42,143 nucleotides of DNA, from contig JAEEUY010000194.1 of assembly GCA_016290715.1 (NCBI GenBank), forward strand, positions 1-42,143, in the 5' to 3' direction. Shown piece by piece: positions 26,385-35,327 of this stretch (position 1 is the first letter of the stretch; each line of letters begins with the position of its first letter). A program made the translations under genes and the position numbers. This stretch comes from Bacteroidales bacterium (GTDB lineage Bacteria > Bacteroidota > Bacteroidia > Bacteroidales > WCHB1-69). The notes below the pieces were generated by a model, which ran no database searches, was not told the origin of the DNA, and was given only the letters and a program-made list of their open reading frames with translations.

Positions 26385-27902
26385 ATGAAAAAATTACTGA
26401 CTTTTTTAATCGTAATGATTTTCGGATTGGTGTGTCTGTTAGCGCAAAACCCGACATTGAGTTACCAGTCTGTAGTTAGAGACGAGAACAACCGTCTTGT
26501 ACAAAACACCAGCATCAACCTCACAGTGCAGATTTTTGAGGGAGACGTGCAGAAGTATCAGGAAACCAGAACCGTTACCACCAACCAAAACGGGGTGGTT
26601 AGCTTCGCCATTGGCGATGCCAACCGTCTGACCAATGAAGAAGAGTTAACCAATATAGTTAGCTGGAACGGGGCAACCATCAAGGTTACCTACCATCTGA
26701 CCTCTGGCGACATGGTGGTGGACAACCCTGTAACGGCAGTGCCCTTCGCACTACAAGCAGCAAACTCACTGGCAGAAGAAACCGACCCTGTGTTCACCAC
26801 GTGGGATAAGGATTATAACGATTTAATCAACACCCCTGAAATTCCTACGGTTAACAACGCCACGCTGACCATCAAGCAAGGGGAAAACACCTTGGGAACC
26901 TTTACCGCCAACGCTAATGAAGCAGTGAATGTATCCATTCCCGAACCTGCCGCTCAAGTACAAGCCGACTGGAATGCAACAGAAGGCGTTGCTGCCATTG
27001 CCAACAAACCATCATTGGATGACTATGCCACTAAAGCAGGAAACAATACATTTTCTGGAACGAACACATTCAGCAGTACAATTACAGTACCACAGGCTGT
27101 AAATCAAAATACTCTTGCCTATACCAACGACGAAATGCAGGCAGTAACTTACAAAGATTTGATTTTCTTATATGACAGCATACTTCGTCGCTACAACAAT
27201 ATTGTTGACAGCCTTAAAGATAGAATAAGTACATTAGAAGAGGAAGTTTTTCCTCCTTTCACATGTGGTGCCACAATTAGAGATAATGAAAACAATGTGT
27301 ATAACACCGTGAAAATTGGTACACAATGCTGGATGAAAGAGAACTTACGTACCACCCAAACACCCGATGGTACAGAAATTGAACACGAGGAGGCTTTCTA
27401 TTCTCAAACATTGGATATGGCCTATTACTATCCGGGGGACGAGGCAGATAGTGTGGAGATTTATGGTCTGCTTTACAATTACGTCGCAGCTACAAATAAT
27501 TACGCTTCTGGTAATCGCGGCATTTGTCCTGAAGGATGGCATCTTCCAACCGATGAAGAATGGGCAACTCTTAATGCATACGTATCAAACCTTACTGCTG
27601 CAGGTCCAGTACCTATGATGCAAGCCCCTAGAGGATGGGATTATTATGCAGAATGGGGGCCTTCTAATGAGACTGGTTTTTCTGCTGTACCTGCTGGCGG
27701 AACTAACAGTATAGATCCCATGGAAGAGACTCCTGAGTGGTTTGGCTTTGGAAAGTGGGCTATGTTTCATAGTAGTGATGACGAGGGGGACGAGTCCACT
27801 GAGGTAAAACTACTTTATCATGATAGGTTGGACATCTATACAGAAACGATTGGTAAATATCATGGTGCTTCTATCCGTTGCATACATAATGAGGAGTGGT
27901 AG
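26385..27902 (+). CDS. Secreted fibre-like protein: N-terminal beta domain, tail-fibre-like motifs, coiled-coil neck, C-terminal FISUMP domain
   Basis: 505 aa with a signal peptide ending LLAQN. The N-terminal module is SYQSVVRDENNRLVQN...TNQNGVVSFAIGD. ADWNATEGVAAIANKP is a tail-fibre-like motif. A heptad segment YDSILRRYNNIVDSLKDRISTLEEE follows, then QCWMKENLR, CPEGWHLPTDEEW, GFSAVPAG and SIRCI. Confidence 0.75.
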   Translation: MKKLLTFLIVMIFGLVCLLAQNPTLSYQSVVRDENNRLVQNTSINLTVQIFEGDVQKYQETRTVTTNQNGVVSFAIGDANRLTNEEELTNIVSWNGATIKVTYHLTSGDMVVDNPVTAVPFALQAANSLAEETDPVFTTWDKDYNDLINTPEIPTVNNATLTIKQGENTLGTFTANANEAVNVSIPEPAAQVQADWNATEGVAAIANKPSLDDYATKAGNNTFSGTNTFSSTITVPQAVNQNTLAYTNDEMQAVTYKDLIFLYDSILRRYNNIVDSLKDRISTLEEEVFPPFTCGATIRDNENNVYNTVKIGTQCWMKENLRTTQTPDGTEIEHEEAFYSQTLDMAYYYPGDEADSVEIYGLLYNYVAATNNYASGNRGICPEGWHLPTDEEWATLNAYVSNLTAAGPVPMMQAPRGWDYYAEWGPSNETGFSAVPAGGTNSIDPMEETPEWFGFGKWAMFHSSDDEGDESTEVKLLYHDRLDIYTETIGKYHGASIRCIHNEEW

Positions 27903-27965
27903 TTCCCTTCCCCCAGAAAAAAAGTTTCTAATAAAGCTATATAAAAAAGTTTGTAAAAAAATATA

Positions 27966-28001
27966 AAAGAGGGGGTGTTCTAATTGAACACCCCCTCTTT
28001 T
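27966..28001 (+). terminator. Rho-independent terminator after the FISUMP pair
   Basis: AAAGAGGGGGTGTTC-TAATT-GAACACCCCCTCTTT is a perfect 15-bp stem followed by a short T/A-rich tail. Confidence 0.8.
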
Positions 28002-28339
28002 ATATTTAATACTATTACTAAAACTCACTGTAATATTATTTATCCTGATAAACCTTTAAAACACTAAACAGCACTATTTTCCCATTCACTTATAACTTGT
28101 TGAAAATATTGGCAAAACCATTTCCATGCTTTATCCTACTATTCATTCAGCAATAAGATTTGAAAACTTTCACAATATATTGGGGCAATAGTTCAAAGGA
28201 TTAGGGCATTTCCTCATATAAAGGCAGACAAATATCTTTAGCATCGTTTTTCTTCGAAAACCTATAGAATCTGCTTTAAAACTATTCTCTGCGAACAAAT
28301 AACTTTCATCCCCCTTTTGCTTATTACCATAAAAAAATG

Positions 28340-28347
28340 TAAATTTG
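28340..28347 (+). promoter_or_regulatory. Bacteroidota-type -7 box upstream of the giant adhesin gene
   Basis: TAAATTTG lies 32 nt upstream of ATG 28379. Confidence 0.45.
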
Positions 28348-28378
28348 CCGCATTATATTTTTAGGATAACAATTAAAG

Positions 28379-31300
28379 ATGGATCAAAAGATGAACAATA
28401 AATTTGTAAAAAAAATCTATTTCTGTTTGCTTTTGATTTGTATTTATGCAAGCCCTATTTGGGCACATCATAGAGACTCTCTTACCATTAAGAATGTAGA
28501 ATTCATTGAGAATAAAGGACAGTGGGATGAATCTGTGCTTTTTAAGGCTCCGATACACGGAGGGGCCGTATTCGCTGAAAAAGACTGCTTCACATTTGTA
28601 GTTTTAGAACCCAACCAACTGAAAGAATTCTACGCTGCCAAATTTAACCAAAACCTATCTGTTGACGGCCGGATTGATGCGGTAGCATATAAAATGCATT
28701 TCTTGAATGCCAATGCCCATACTCATGTTATCGGGCAGGAAAAAATGTTGCCCTATAACAACTATTTTATCGGTCGCGACTCCCGACACTGGGCAACACA
28801 CGTTGCAAAATTTCATTCTGTTTTATATCAGGAACTCTATTCGGGCATTGATCTTCTGTTAACGCAAGAAGATGCCCATCTCAAATATGAGTTTACCATT
28901 GCCCCGCACACCTCTCCCCAACAAATTCAATTGGAGTACGAAGGAATACAAAATCTTTTCGTTGCCAAAGGCAATCTGATTATTGCCACCAATGTAATGC
29001 AAATTATTGAGTTAAAACCTGTTGCCTATCAAATTTCCAATAACGGGAAACGTATTTACGTAGATTGTGCCTATAAAGTAAACCAACACAAACTCAGTTT
29101 TGATGTGGGGGATTATAATACTGACCTTCCATTAGTTATCGATCCTGTCTTGATTTTTGCATCCTATTCCGGTTCCACTTCCGACAATTGGGGTTATTCG
29201 GCTACATACGACAAATATGGGAATCTCTATTCCGGCGGCAATGTTTTTGGAATTGGTTATCCTTTAGTAACAGGAGCATTCCAAATCAATTTTGGAGGCG
29301 GCTCCACAGACATTGCCATCTCCAAATTTGATACCCAAGGCACTTTTTTACATTACTCTACTTACCTTGGCGGAAGCGGTTCGGAAGTACCTCATAGCTT
29401 GATTGTCAACGATAATGACGAACTCTATGTTTTAGGCACAACCAGTTCAAGTGATTATCCAGTTACAGCAGATGCCTACGACACGCTTTTTCATGGGGGC
29501 AGCAATTTTACCCTCACCAATGTGGTGCAATATACCGGCGGCTCCGACATCATCATCACCAAATTCAATGCCACGGGAGATAGTTTATTGGGAAGCACCT
29601 ATTTGGGCGGGAGTGCCAACGACGGACTCAATAATGTGGTCAATCTTCGGAAGAACTACGCGGATGAAGTTCGCGGCGAAATCATTATTGACGAGCAGAG
29701 CAATGTTTATGTTGTCAGCAGTACGCAATCCGCAGACTTTCCGGTAACACCGACGGCATTCCAACCACAATTTAGCGGTGGGCGCCAAGACGGGTGTATT
29801 GTCAAATTCAACCATAATCTATCCAATCTCATCTGGAGCACCTTTTTCGGAGGCAGCGGAGATGATGCAGCTTATAGCATTGTGCGCGCATCCGACAACA
29901 GCTTGTACGTTTGCGGAGGCACAACTTCTACGGATATCCCAACTTCTCCCAATGCTATACAAAGCAACTTCGGTGGCGGCTTAAACGATGGTTTTGTTGC
30001 CCATATTAATGCGAATGGAAACCAACTCCTTGACGTTACCTATTTGGGATATGAAGGATATGACCAAGCCTATCTGATAAAAAACGACCGCTTCGACAAT
30101 CCGCATATTTTTGGTCAAACCAACGCATCCGGGAACAGTTGGATTCACAATGCCCAATGGAATGTGCCGGGAGCAGGACAATTCTTAATCAAACTAACCC
30201 CGGCATTAGACTCCATTATTTGGTCAACTGCCTTCGGAACCGGGAGAAATGGCTTGGACATCTCTCCTACGGCCTTGTTAGTGGATTTGTGCAACAATAT
30301 ATATATGTCGGGATGGGGCAGTCCCATCACCAATTTCGGTCAGGGCGGTACTTCCGGTTTGCCCGTAACCATTGATGCTTATCAAAACACAACCGATAAC
30401 AACGATTACTATTTCATTTGTATTAGTGATGATGCCTCCCAATTAGTGTATGCCACCTATTTTGGAAGTCCGAATGCACGGGAACACGTAGATGGCGGTA
30501 CAAGTCGTTTTGACAATCACGGAAGAATCTATCAGGCAGTATGTGCGGGGTGTGGAGGCTTTGACGATTTCCCGACCACCTACGGGGCATGGTCGCAACA
30601 AAACAACAGTACCAACTGCAATATTGGGGTTATCAAATTCGATTTCAATTTGCCCGCCGTAGTAGCTGAATTTGACGTGCCCAATACTATTTGTGCACCG
30701 CAAGAGGTTACCATGCACAACACCTCGCAACAAATCAGCGATACCACCAATTTTTATTGGGATTTCGGAGATGGAACCACTTCTCAATTAGAATCCCCCA
30801 GCCATCTCTACACCCAGTCGGGAACCTACACCATTACGCTCATTGTTCGCGATGAAGGAAGTTGTAACTTTGCAGATACCACTTCCCACACCATGGTGGT
30901 TTTATCCAATTCCAACAGTACTTTAGCCGACACCAGTATCTGTATCGGCGACTTTGTACAAATAGGCATCGCACCCTCGGGCAACCCTAATGTTACCTAC
31001 GAATGGCAACCCGAAACCAATTTGAACAACCCGCATATCTCCAACCCCATTGCTGACCCCTCATCCACTACAGATTATATGCTTTTTGTAAGCGATGGCA
31101 TCTGTATTGATACCATTACACAAAAAGTTAAAGTGGAAAGCATAACTGTAGATGCAGGAGAAAATCGAACCATCTGTTTAGGTGATTCCTTGACCTTAGT
31201 ACCTATGACAACCGGTCCGACAATCCGTTATTATTGGGCAACGAACCCCTCTTTCAGACCCCTTCTCAATAGTGATATTTACAACCCATTGCTTACCGTT

Positions 31301-33295
31301 TCCCCCACCCAAGCCACCACCTACTATTTGCGTGTGGAAAGCAATCACTGCACAGAAATAGATAGTGTTACCATTGATGTTTCCTCTTTTGAAATAACTT
31401 CTCCGCAAGGCTACGAAATTTGCTATGGAGACACCATTCAAATATATGTAACTCCATCTGTACAAGGAAACTACACATATTCTTGGATACCCACAAACGC
31501 AATTGTTGCTGGCGAAACAACTTATGCGCCGTGGGTTGCTCCCACCGCTAATACCCATTTTATTGCCACTGCTACCAATGAAATAGGTTGTACCGCCACC
31601 GACACTGTTCCCGTTGTAGTAAAAACCTATCAAATAAACACCCTGATTCATCATGTCAGCTGTCATGGAGGCAGCGACGGGTCTATCGGACTTGATGTAA
31701 GCGGCGGCACACCCCCTTACTATTTTCAATGGTCGAACGGAGCCACTACCGACTATGTTTCCTCCTTAACAGCAGGAAGTTATACCGTACTCATCACTGC
31801 TGCTGACGGGTGTTCTGCCATTGACACTTTCGTTATTCAGCAGCCACAACCACTGACAGTTACACTCATTGAAGCGCAAAGTATCAATTGTGACCAGATT
31901 TGCAACGGTCTATTAGAAATAGCTGCCAACGGAGGCACAGCTCCCTACTCCTATTCTTGGCTCAATGGCGCTGTCGGCAGTCGCATTGACAGTCTTTGTG
32001 CCGGCAACTATTCTGTAGTGGTTACAGATGCCAACCAGTGCCAAACCACGGGCGTTTTTGCCGTTACCGACACTTCTTTTAATGAATTAGACTATACCAT
32101 CCAACAACCACTTTGTGCGGGCGACTGCGCAGGGGCTATCTACCTCATACCACAATTTGGCGACTACCAGTACACCATCGTTTGTTGTGAAGATTCTATT
32201 CCTGTAAACGATTCTCTCACATCACTTTGTGCGGGAAATTATACTTTTTATGTTCATGTGGAGAATGGTTGTCAATATCATTTATACTTACAGGTTGCCG
32301 ATCCTGCACCGCTGCAATTTCTAAACTTTTACGTTACTGAACCCTTGTGTTATGGGGATGCCAATGGCAGAATCCAATTCAATGTTGGTGGGGGTACTCC
32401 TCCATACACCTACTGGGTGAACGACAACCCTGCCACTCCCTTAATGCAAAATCTTGAGGCAGGCAGTTATCACATTGTGGTTCGCGACAGCAACGGCTGC
32501 GAAATAGACACCACTGTTTCGCTCACTATGCCCGCTCCACTACAAATCACCGAATCACACCTCTCGCCACCTTGTCCGGAAGTGTGTGCGGGAAGTATCA
32601 CCCTTACCCCTACCGGTGGAACCGTTCCCTACTCCTATTTTTGGAGCAACAACCAAACAACCGCCCACATAGAATCACTATGCGCAGGAAATTACTCCGT
32701 TACCGTCAGTGATGCACACAACTGTATTGCAACTTTCTCCATCATGTTAGAAGATTCATCCCACTTCCCCGTGAATATTGAAGCATGGGGGGAGCCCGAT
32801 ACCCTCTACGAAGGCTACCAAACCACCCTGCATGTAACGGAATGTGGCAATGATTTCACCTACCAATGGCGGCCGGCTGCCACTTTAGAATCACCGACAG
32901 CACCCAATACAGTTGCCACGCCAACCCAAACCACCAATTACATCATTACTGCTACAGATCTATACGGGTGCGTGGTTACAGATACTGTTTTAATATATGT
33001 TCGCAAATTGATATGCGATGAACCGTATGTATTTGTCCCTAACGCTTTTACTCCCAATGGCGACGGCAAAAATGATGTTTTGTTCGTCCGTGGCGAAATT
33101 GTTACAGCTATTAAATTTGAGATTTTTGACCGGTGGGGTGAAAAGGTATTCTCTACCACCCAACAAAGTGAAGGATGGGACGGCACATTCCGTGGAAAGA
33201 TGTGCGAAGTAGGCGTTTATGATTACTATTTAGAGGTGATTTGTATTGGAGAAAACCACTTTTTCAAAAAAGGGAATGTAACACTAATACGTTAA
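28379..33295 (+). CDS. Giant cell-surface adhesin (1638 aa): beta-propeller (SBBP-type) repeats, PKD domain, Ig-like modules, SprB repeats, type-B T9SS C-terminal sorting domain
   Basis: It has a signal peptide. Recurrent YSTYLGGSGSE / GSTYLGGSANDG ... S-x-DFPVT segments are SBBP beta-propeller repeats. The PKD signature FYWDFGDGTTSQLESPSHLYTQSGTYTITL is present. Five C-x-G-x-x-(D/N)G...GG-x-x-PY-x-(Y/F)-x-W units are SprB repeats. The C-terminus VPNAFTPNGDGKNDVLFVRG...IFDRWGEKVF...GWDGTFRG...GVYDYYLEV is the gliding-motility/CHU_C type-B domain. Confidence 0.85.
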   Translation: MDQKMNNKFVKKIYFCLLLICIYASPIWAHHRDSLTIKNVEFIENKGQWDESVLFKAPIHGGAVFAEKDCFTFVVLEPNQLKEFYAAKFNQNLSVDGRIDAVAYKMHFLNANAHTHVIGQEKMLPYNNYFIGRDSRHWATHVAKFHSVLYQELYSGIDLLLTQEDAHLKYEFTIAPHTSPQQIQLEYEGIQNLFVAKGNLIIATNVMQIIELKPVAYQISNNGKRIYVDCAYKVNQHKLSFDVGDYNTDLPLVIDPVLIFASYSGSTSDNWGYSATYDKYGNLYSGGNVFGIGYPLVTGAFQINFGGGSTDIAISKFDTQGTFLHYSTYLGGSGSEVPHSLIVNDNDELYVLGTTSSSDYPVTADAYDTLFHGGSNFTLTNVVQYTGGSDIIITKFNATGDSLLGSTYLGGSANDGLNNVVNLRKNYADEVRGEIIIDEQSNVYVVSSTQSADFPVTPTAFQPQFSGGRQDGCIVKFNHNLSNLIWSTFFGGSGDDAAYSIVRASDNSLYVCGGTTSTDIPTSPNAIQSNFGGGLNDGFVAHINANGNQLLDVTYLGYEGYDQAYLIKNDRFDNPHIFGQTNASGNSWIHNAQWNVPGAGQFLIKLTPALDSIIWSTAFGTGRNGLDISPTALLVDLCNNIYMSGWGSPITNFGQGGTSGLPVTIDAYQNTTDNNDYYFICISDDASQLVYATYFGSPNAREHVDGGTSRFDNHGRIYQAVCAGCGGFDDFPTTYGAWSQQNNSTNCNIGVIKFDFNLPAVVAEFDVPNTICAPQEVTMHNTSQQISDTTNFYWDFGDGTTSQLESPSHLYTQSGTYTITLIVRDEGSCNFADTTSHTMVVLSNSNSTLADTSICIGDFVQIGIAPSGNPNVTYEWQPETNLNNPHISNPIADPSSTTDYMLFVSDGICIDTITQKVKVESITVDAGENRTICLGDSLTLVPMTTGPTIRYYWATNPSFRPLLNSDIYNPLLTVSPTQATTYYLRVESNHCTEIDSVTIDVSSFEITSPQGYEICYGDTIQIYVTPSVQGNYTYSWIPTNAIVAGETTYAPWVAPTANTHFIATATNEIGCTATDTVPVVVKTYQINTLIHHVSCHGGSDGSIGLDVSGGTPPYYFQWSNGATTDYVSSLTAGSYTVLITAADGCSAIDTFVIQQPQPLTVTLIEAQSINCDQICNGLLEIAANGGTAPYSYSWLNGAVGSRIDSLCAGNYSVVVTDANQCQTTGVFAVTDTSFNELDYTIQQPLCAGDCAGAIYLIPQFGDYQYTIVCCEDSIPVNDSLTSLCAGNYTFYVHVENGCQYHLYLQVADPAPLQFLNFYVTEPLCYGDANGRIQFNVGGGTPPYTYWVNDNPATPLMQNLEAGSYHIVVRDSNGCEIDTTVSLTMPAPLQITESHLSPPCPEVCAGSITLTPTGGTVPYSYFWSNNQTTAHIESLCAGNYSVTVSDAHNCIATFSIMLEDSSHFPVNIEAWGEPDTLYEGYQTTLHVTECGNDFTYQWRPAATLESPTAPNTVATPTQTTNYIITATDLYGCVVTDTVLIYVRKLICDEPYVFVPNAFTPNGDGKNDVLFVRGEIVTAIKFEIFDRWGEKVFSTTQQSEGWDGTFRGKMCEVGVYDYYLEVICIGENHFFKKGNVTLIR
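31628..32758 (+). repeat. Five tandem SprB-type protein repeats (about 75 aa each) inside the adhesin gene (approximate bounds)
   Basis: The repeats start CHGGSDGSIGLDVSGGTPPYYFQW; CDQICNGLLEIAANGGTAPYSYSW; CAGDCAGAIYLIPQFGDYQY (degenerate); CYGDANGRIQFNVGGGTPPYTYW; CPEVCAGSITLTPTGGTVPYSYFW. Each is followed by L-x-AG-x-Y-x-V-x-V-x-D-x-x-x-C. The repeats are diverged at the protein level and are not exact DNA repeats. Confidence 0.7.
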
Positions 33296-34227
33296 TTGAA
33301 CGATAACATTCTTTCTATCGATTTCCGCGCACGAGCCATCAACTCTTCATCCATTGTTATTTCGGGTTGTTCTGTTTCCAATGCCTGAAGAATATTCTCC
33401 AACGTATTCAGTTTCATGTGCACACAATAGGCACAATAGAGGCAATCTCCCGTTTTGCCTTCACAAGGACGAGGCGTATCCAACGTATAGAAAACCTTTT
33501 CAGGATTTTGTTTCTGCAACTCATGCAAAATACCCTGCTCTGTTACCACGATAAATGAGGTGGCGGATGACTCCTTCACATACTTGAGCATAGCCGCCGT
33601 AGAGCCAATATAATCAGCATTTTTTAAAACTTTAGACGGACATTCCGGGTGGGCAATGACTTGCGCCTCCGGATGAAGATCTCTTACCTCCAAAACCTCT
33701 TCCTCCTGTATCTGATCATGTACATGGCACGCGCCATCCCACAGCACCATATTCCTACCCAATTTTTGATTAATATAATTCCCCAAATTACGGTCGGGAG
33801 CGAAGACTATTTTTTCATCTTTAGGCAAAGAATTCACAATGCGCAACGCATTGCCGGAAGTAACAATAATATCCGACAACGCCTTCACTTGTGCACTGCA
33901 GTTGATATAACTCAACACGGTATATTGAGGATATTTTTCCAAAAATTTGGCAAAAGCATCAGCCGGACAACTATCAGCCAAAGAACACCCTGCCGCCAGG
34001 TTTGGAATGATCACTTTTTTGGCAGGATTAATAATTTTAGCGGTTTCTGCCATAAAATGCACCCCCGCAAAAAGAATAATATCCGCATCCGTAGCCGCAG
34101 CTTTTTGCGACAATGCCAAACTGTCACCCACAAAATCTGCAATTTCCTGCACTTCCGGTCGTGTATAATAATGTGCTAAAATAACGGCATTCTTCTTTTT
34201 TTTCAATTGCAAAATTTTGTTTTTCAT
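33292..34227 (-). CDS. nadA: Quinolinate synthase NadA
   Basis: 311 aa. VILAHYYTRPEVQEIADFVGDSLALS, HFMAETAKIINP, SYINCSAQVKA and AHPECP are NadA signatures, including the three cluster cysteines. Confidence 0.92.
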   Translation of the reverse strand: MKNKILQLKKKKNAVILAHYYTRPEVQEIADFVGDSLALSQKAAATDADIILFAGVHFMAETAKIINPAKKVIIPNLAAGCSLADSCPADAFAKFLEKYPQYTVLSYINCSAQVKALSDIIVTSGNALRIVNSLPKDEKIVFAPDRNLGNYINQKLGRNMVLWDGACHVHDQIQEEEVLEVRDLHPEAQVIAHPECPSKVLKNADYIGSTAAMLKYVKESSATSFIVVTEQGILHELQKQNPEKVFYTLDTPRPCEGKTGDCLYCAYCVHMKLNTLENILQALETEQPEITMDEELMARARKSIERMLSFN

Positions 34228-34269
34228 TGTAAAATAGCGAATATTAATTTGTTCATTTTAAAAAGGCGG

Positions 34270-34277
34270 CAAAAGTA
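34270..34277 (-). promoter_or_regulatory. Bacteroidota-type -7 box for nadA
   Basis: Plus-strand CAAAAGTA is TACTTTTG on the minus strand, 43 nt upstream of start 34227. Confidence 0.45.
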
Positions 34278-34339
34278 CAAAGATTTTTTCCATCATTAAC
34301 ATTTTTTTTGTAAAAGAATGTTAATATGACAAAATATAG

Positions 34340-34347
34340 TATCTTTG
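34340..34347 (+). promoter_or_regulatory. Bacteroidota-type -7 box for the Hdr-like operon
   Basis: TATCTTTG lies 22 nt upstream of ATG 34369. It is back-to-back with the nadA box in a 141-bp divergent intergenic region. Confidence 0.5.
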
Positions 34348-34368
34348 CAGTTATAATACTAATGCGTT

Positions 34369-34971
34369 ATGGGAAATTTATTTGATTTATTATCAGAAGA
34401 TTCTCGTTTCAACGATGCGTTGAAAGCGTGTATGAATTGTGGTATTTGCACGGCAATTTGTCCCGCAGCGGAATTTTATGATTACGATCCCCGTAAGATT
34501 TGTGATACCATACAACGGAAAGATGAAAATGCCATTGAAGCCCTTCTTCGTTCGGATATGATATGGGCATGTGGACAGTGTTTGTCTTGTAAGACCCGCT
34601 GTCCGCGAGGCAATGTCCCCGGAGAAATCATTCTAATCCTCAGAAAATATGCCCAAATACAAGGTTATTGCGGCGATTTTGTCCGCCAGCAACAACACCA
34701 ATTGGCAGAAACTGTAGGAAAAAACATATTGGAAATCGGCTATTGCGTGCATCCTGATAGGGTGTCGCCTGCAAAGCATCCTGAACAAGGTCCTATATGG
34801 GAATGGTATGTACAAAATATTGAACAAGTTGCTCCAAAATTGGGTGCCAATTACCATGGGGAAGGGCCGGGAGCTCTCCGTAAAATCAGAGAAGAGAATT
34901 TGGAAGAAATCCGTAAAATTTACGAGTGTACAGGGGGACAAAAACTGATGGACAAACTATTAAACGAGTAA
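34369..34971 (+). CDS. HdrC-like 4Fe-4S dicluster protein (200 aa)
   Basis: CMNCGICTAICP ... DPRKI ... IWACGQCLSCKTRCPRGNVP shows two CxxCxxCxxxCP motifs, with the spacing and intervening helix pattern of heterodisulfide reductase subunit C. Confidence 0.75.
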   Translation: MGNLFDLLSEDSRFNDALKACMNCGICTAICPAAEFYDYDPRKICDTIQRKDENAIEALLRSDMIWACGQCLSCKTRCPRGNVPGEIILILRKYAQIQGYCGDFVRQQQHQLAETVGKNILEIGYCVHPDRVSPAKHPEQGPIWEWYVQNIEQVAPKLGANYHGEGPGALRKIREENLEEIRKIYECTGGQKLMDKLLNE

Positions 34972-34977
34972 GACAAT

Positions 34978-35310
34978 ATGGCAGTAAACTTTGGTTATTC
35001 AATCTCAACGACACGCGTAATTAACTTTGATAATTGCGACTTTAATTTACTACACCAATTAGAAGAAATCGTTCCTTCCTATAAACGTTGTTTGAATTGC
35101 GGTGCTTGTACGGCAACGTGCAGCGCACAACAATTCACCAAATTTAATATTCGGAAAATCAAATCCCTATTCACTTCTGCCCAATATGATAAACTGGCTA
35201 AAGAGTTAGACAAGTGTATGTTATGCGGCAAATGTACTTTGGTGTGCCCTCGAGGCATCAATCTGCGCCCTGCTATCATGAATATGAGAAAAATATTGTC
35301 TAACAAGTAA
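34978..35310 (+). CDS. Second, short HdrC-like 4Fe-4S dicluster protein (110 aa)
   Basis: It contains CLNCGACTATCS and CMLCGKCTLVCPRGINL. It starts 6 nt after the previous gene. Confidence 0.7.
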   Translation: MAVNFGYSISTTRVINFDNCDFNLLHQLEEIVPSYKRCLNCGACTATCSAQQFTKFNIRKIKSLFTSAQYDKLAKELDKCMLCGKCTLVCPRGINLRPAIMNMRKILSNK

Positions 35311-35327
35311 TCTAAAATCCAACTACC

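Noticed and set aside
25199-27902. Possibility that the two FISUMP genes are targets of a diversity-generating retroelement
   Set aside because: There is no reverse transcriptase gene in the window. I see no template/variable repeat pair by eye. The two C-terminal domains are too divergent at the DNA level.
31196-31729. 177-aa minus-strand ORF inside the adhesin gene. The same reasoning applies to 33649..34179, 40779..41309, 16189..16665, 10664..11137, 19070..19546 and 7954..8367.
   Set aside because: All are antisense to, or out of frame with, well-supported genes. They lack start context, promoter boxes and any recognisable domains.
34228-34368. NAD+ or other riboswitch in the nadA leader, or in the leader of the Hdr-like operon
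   Set aside because: The predicted leaders are only about 20-40 nt, which is too short for a riboswitch aptamer, and no conserved structure is apparent.
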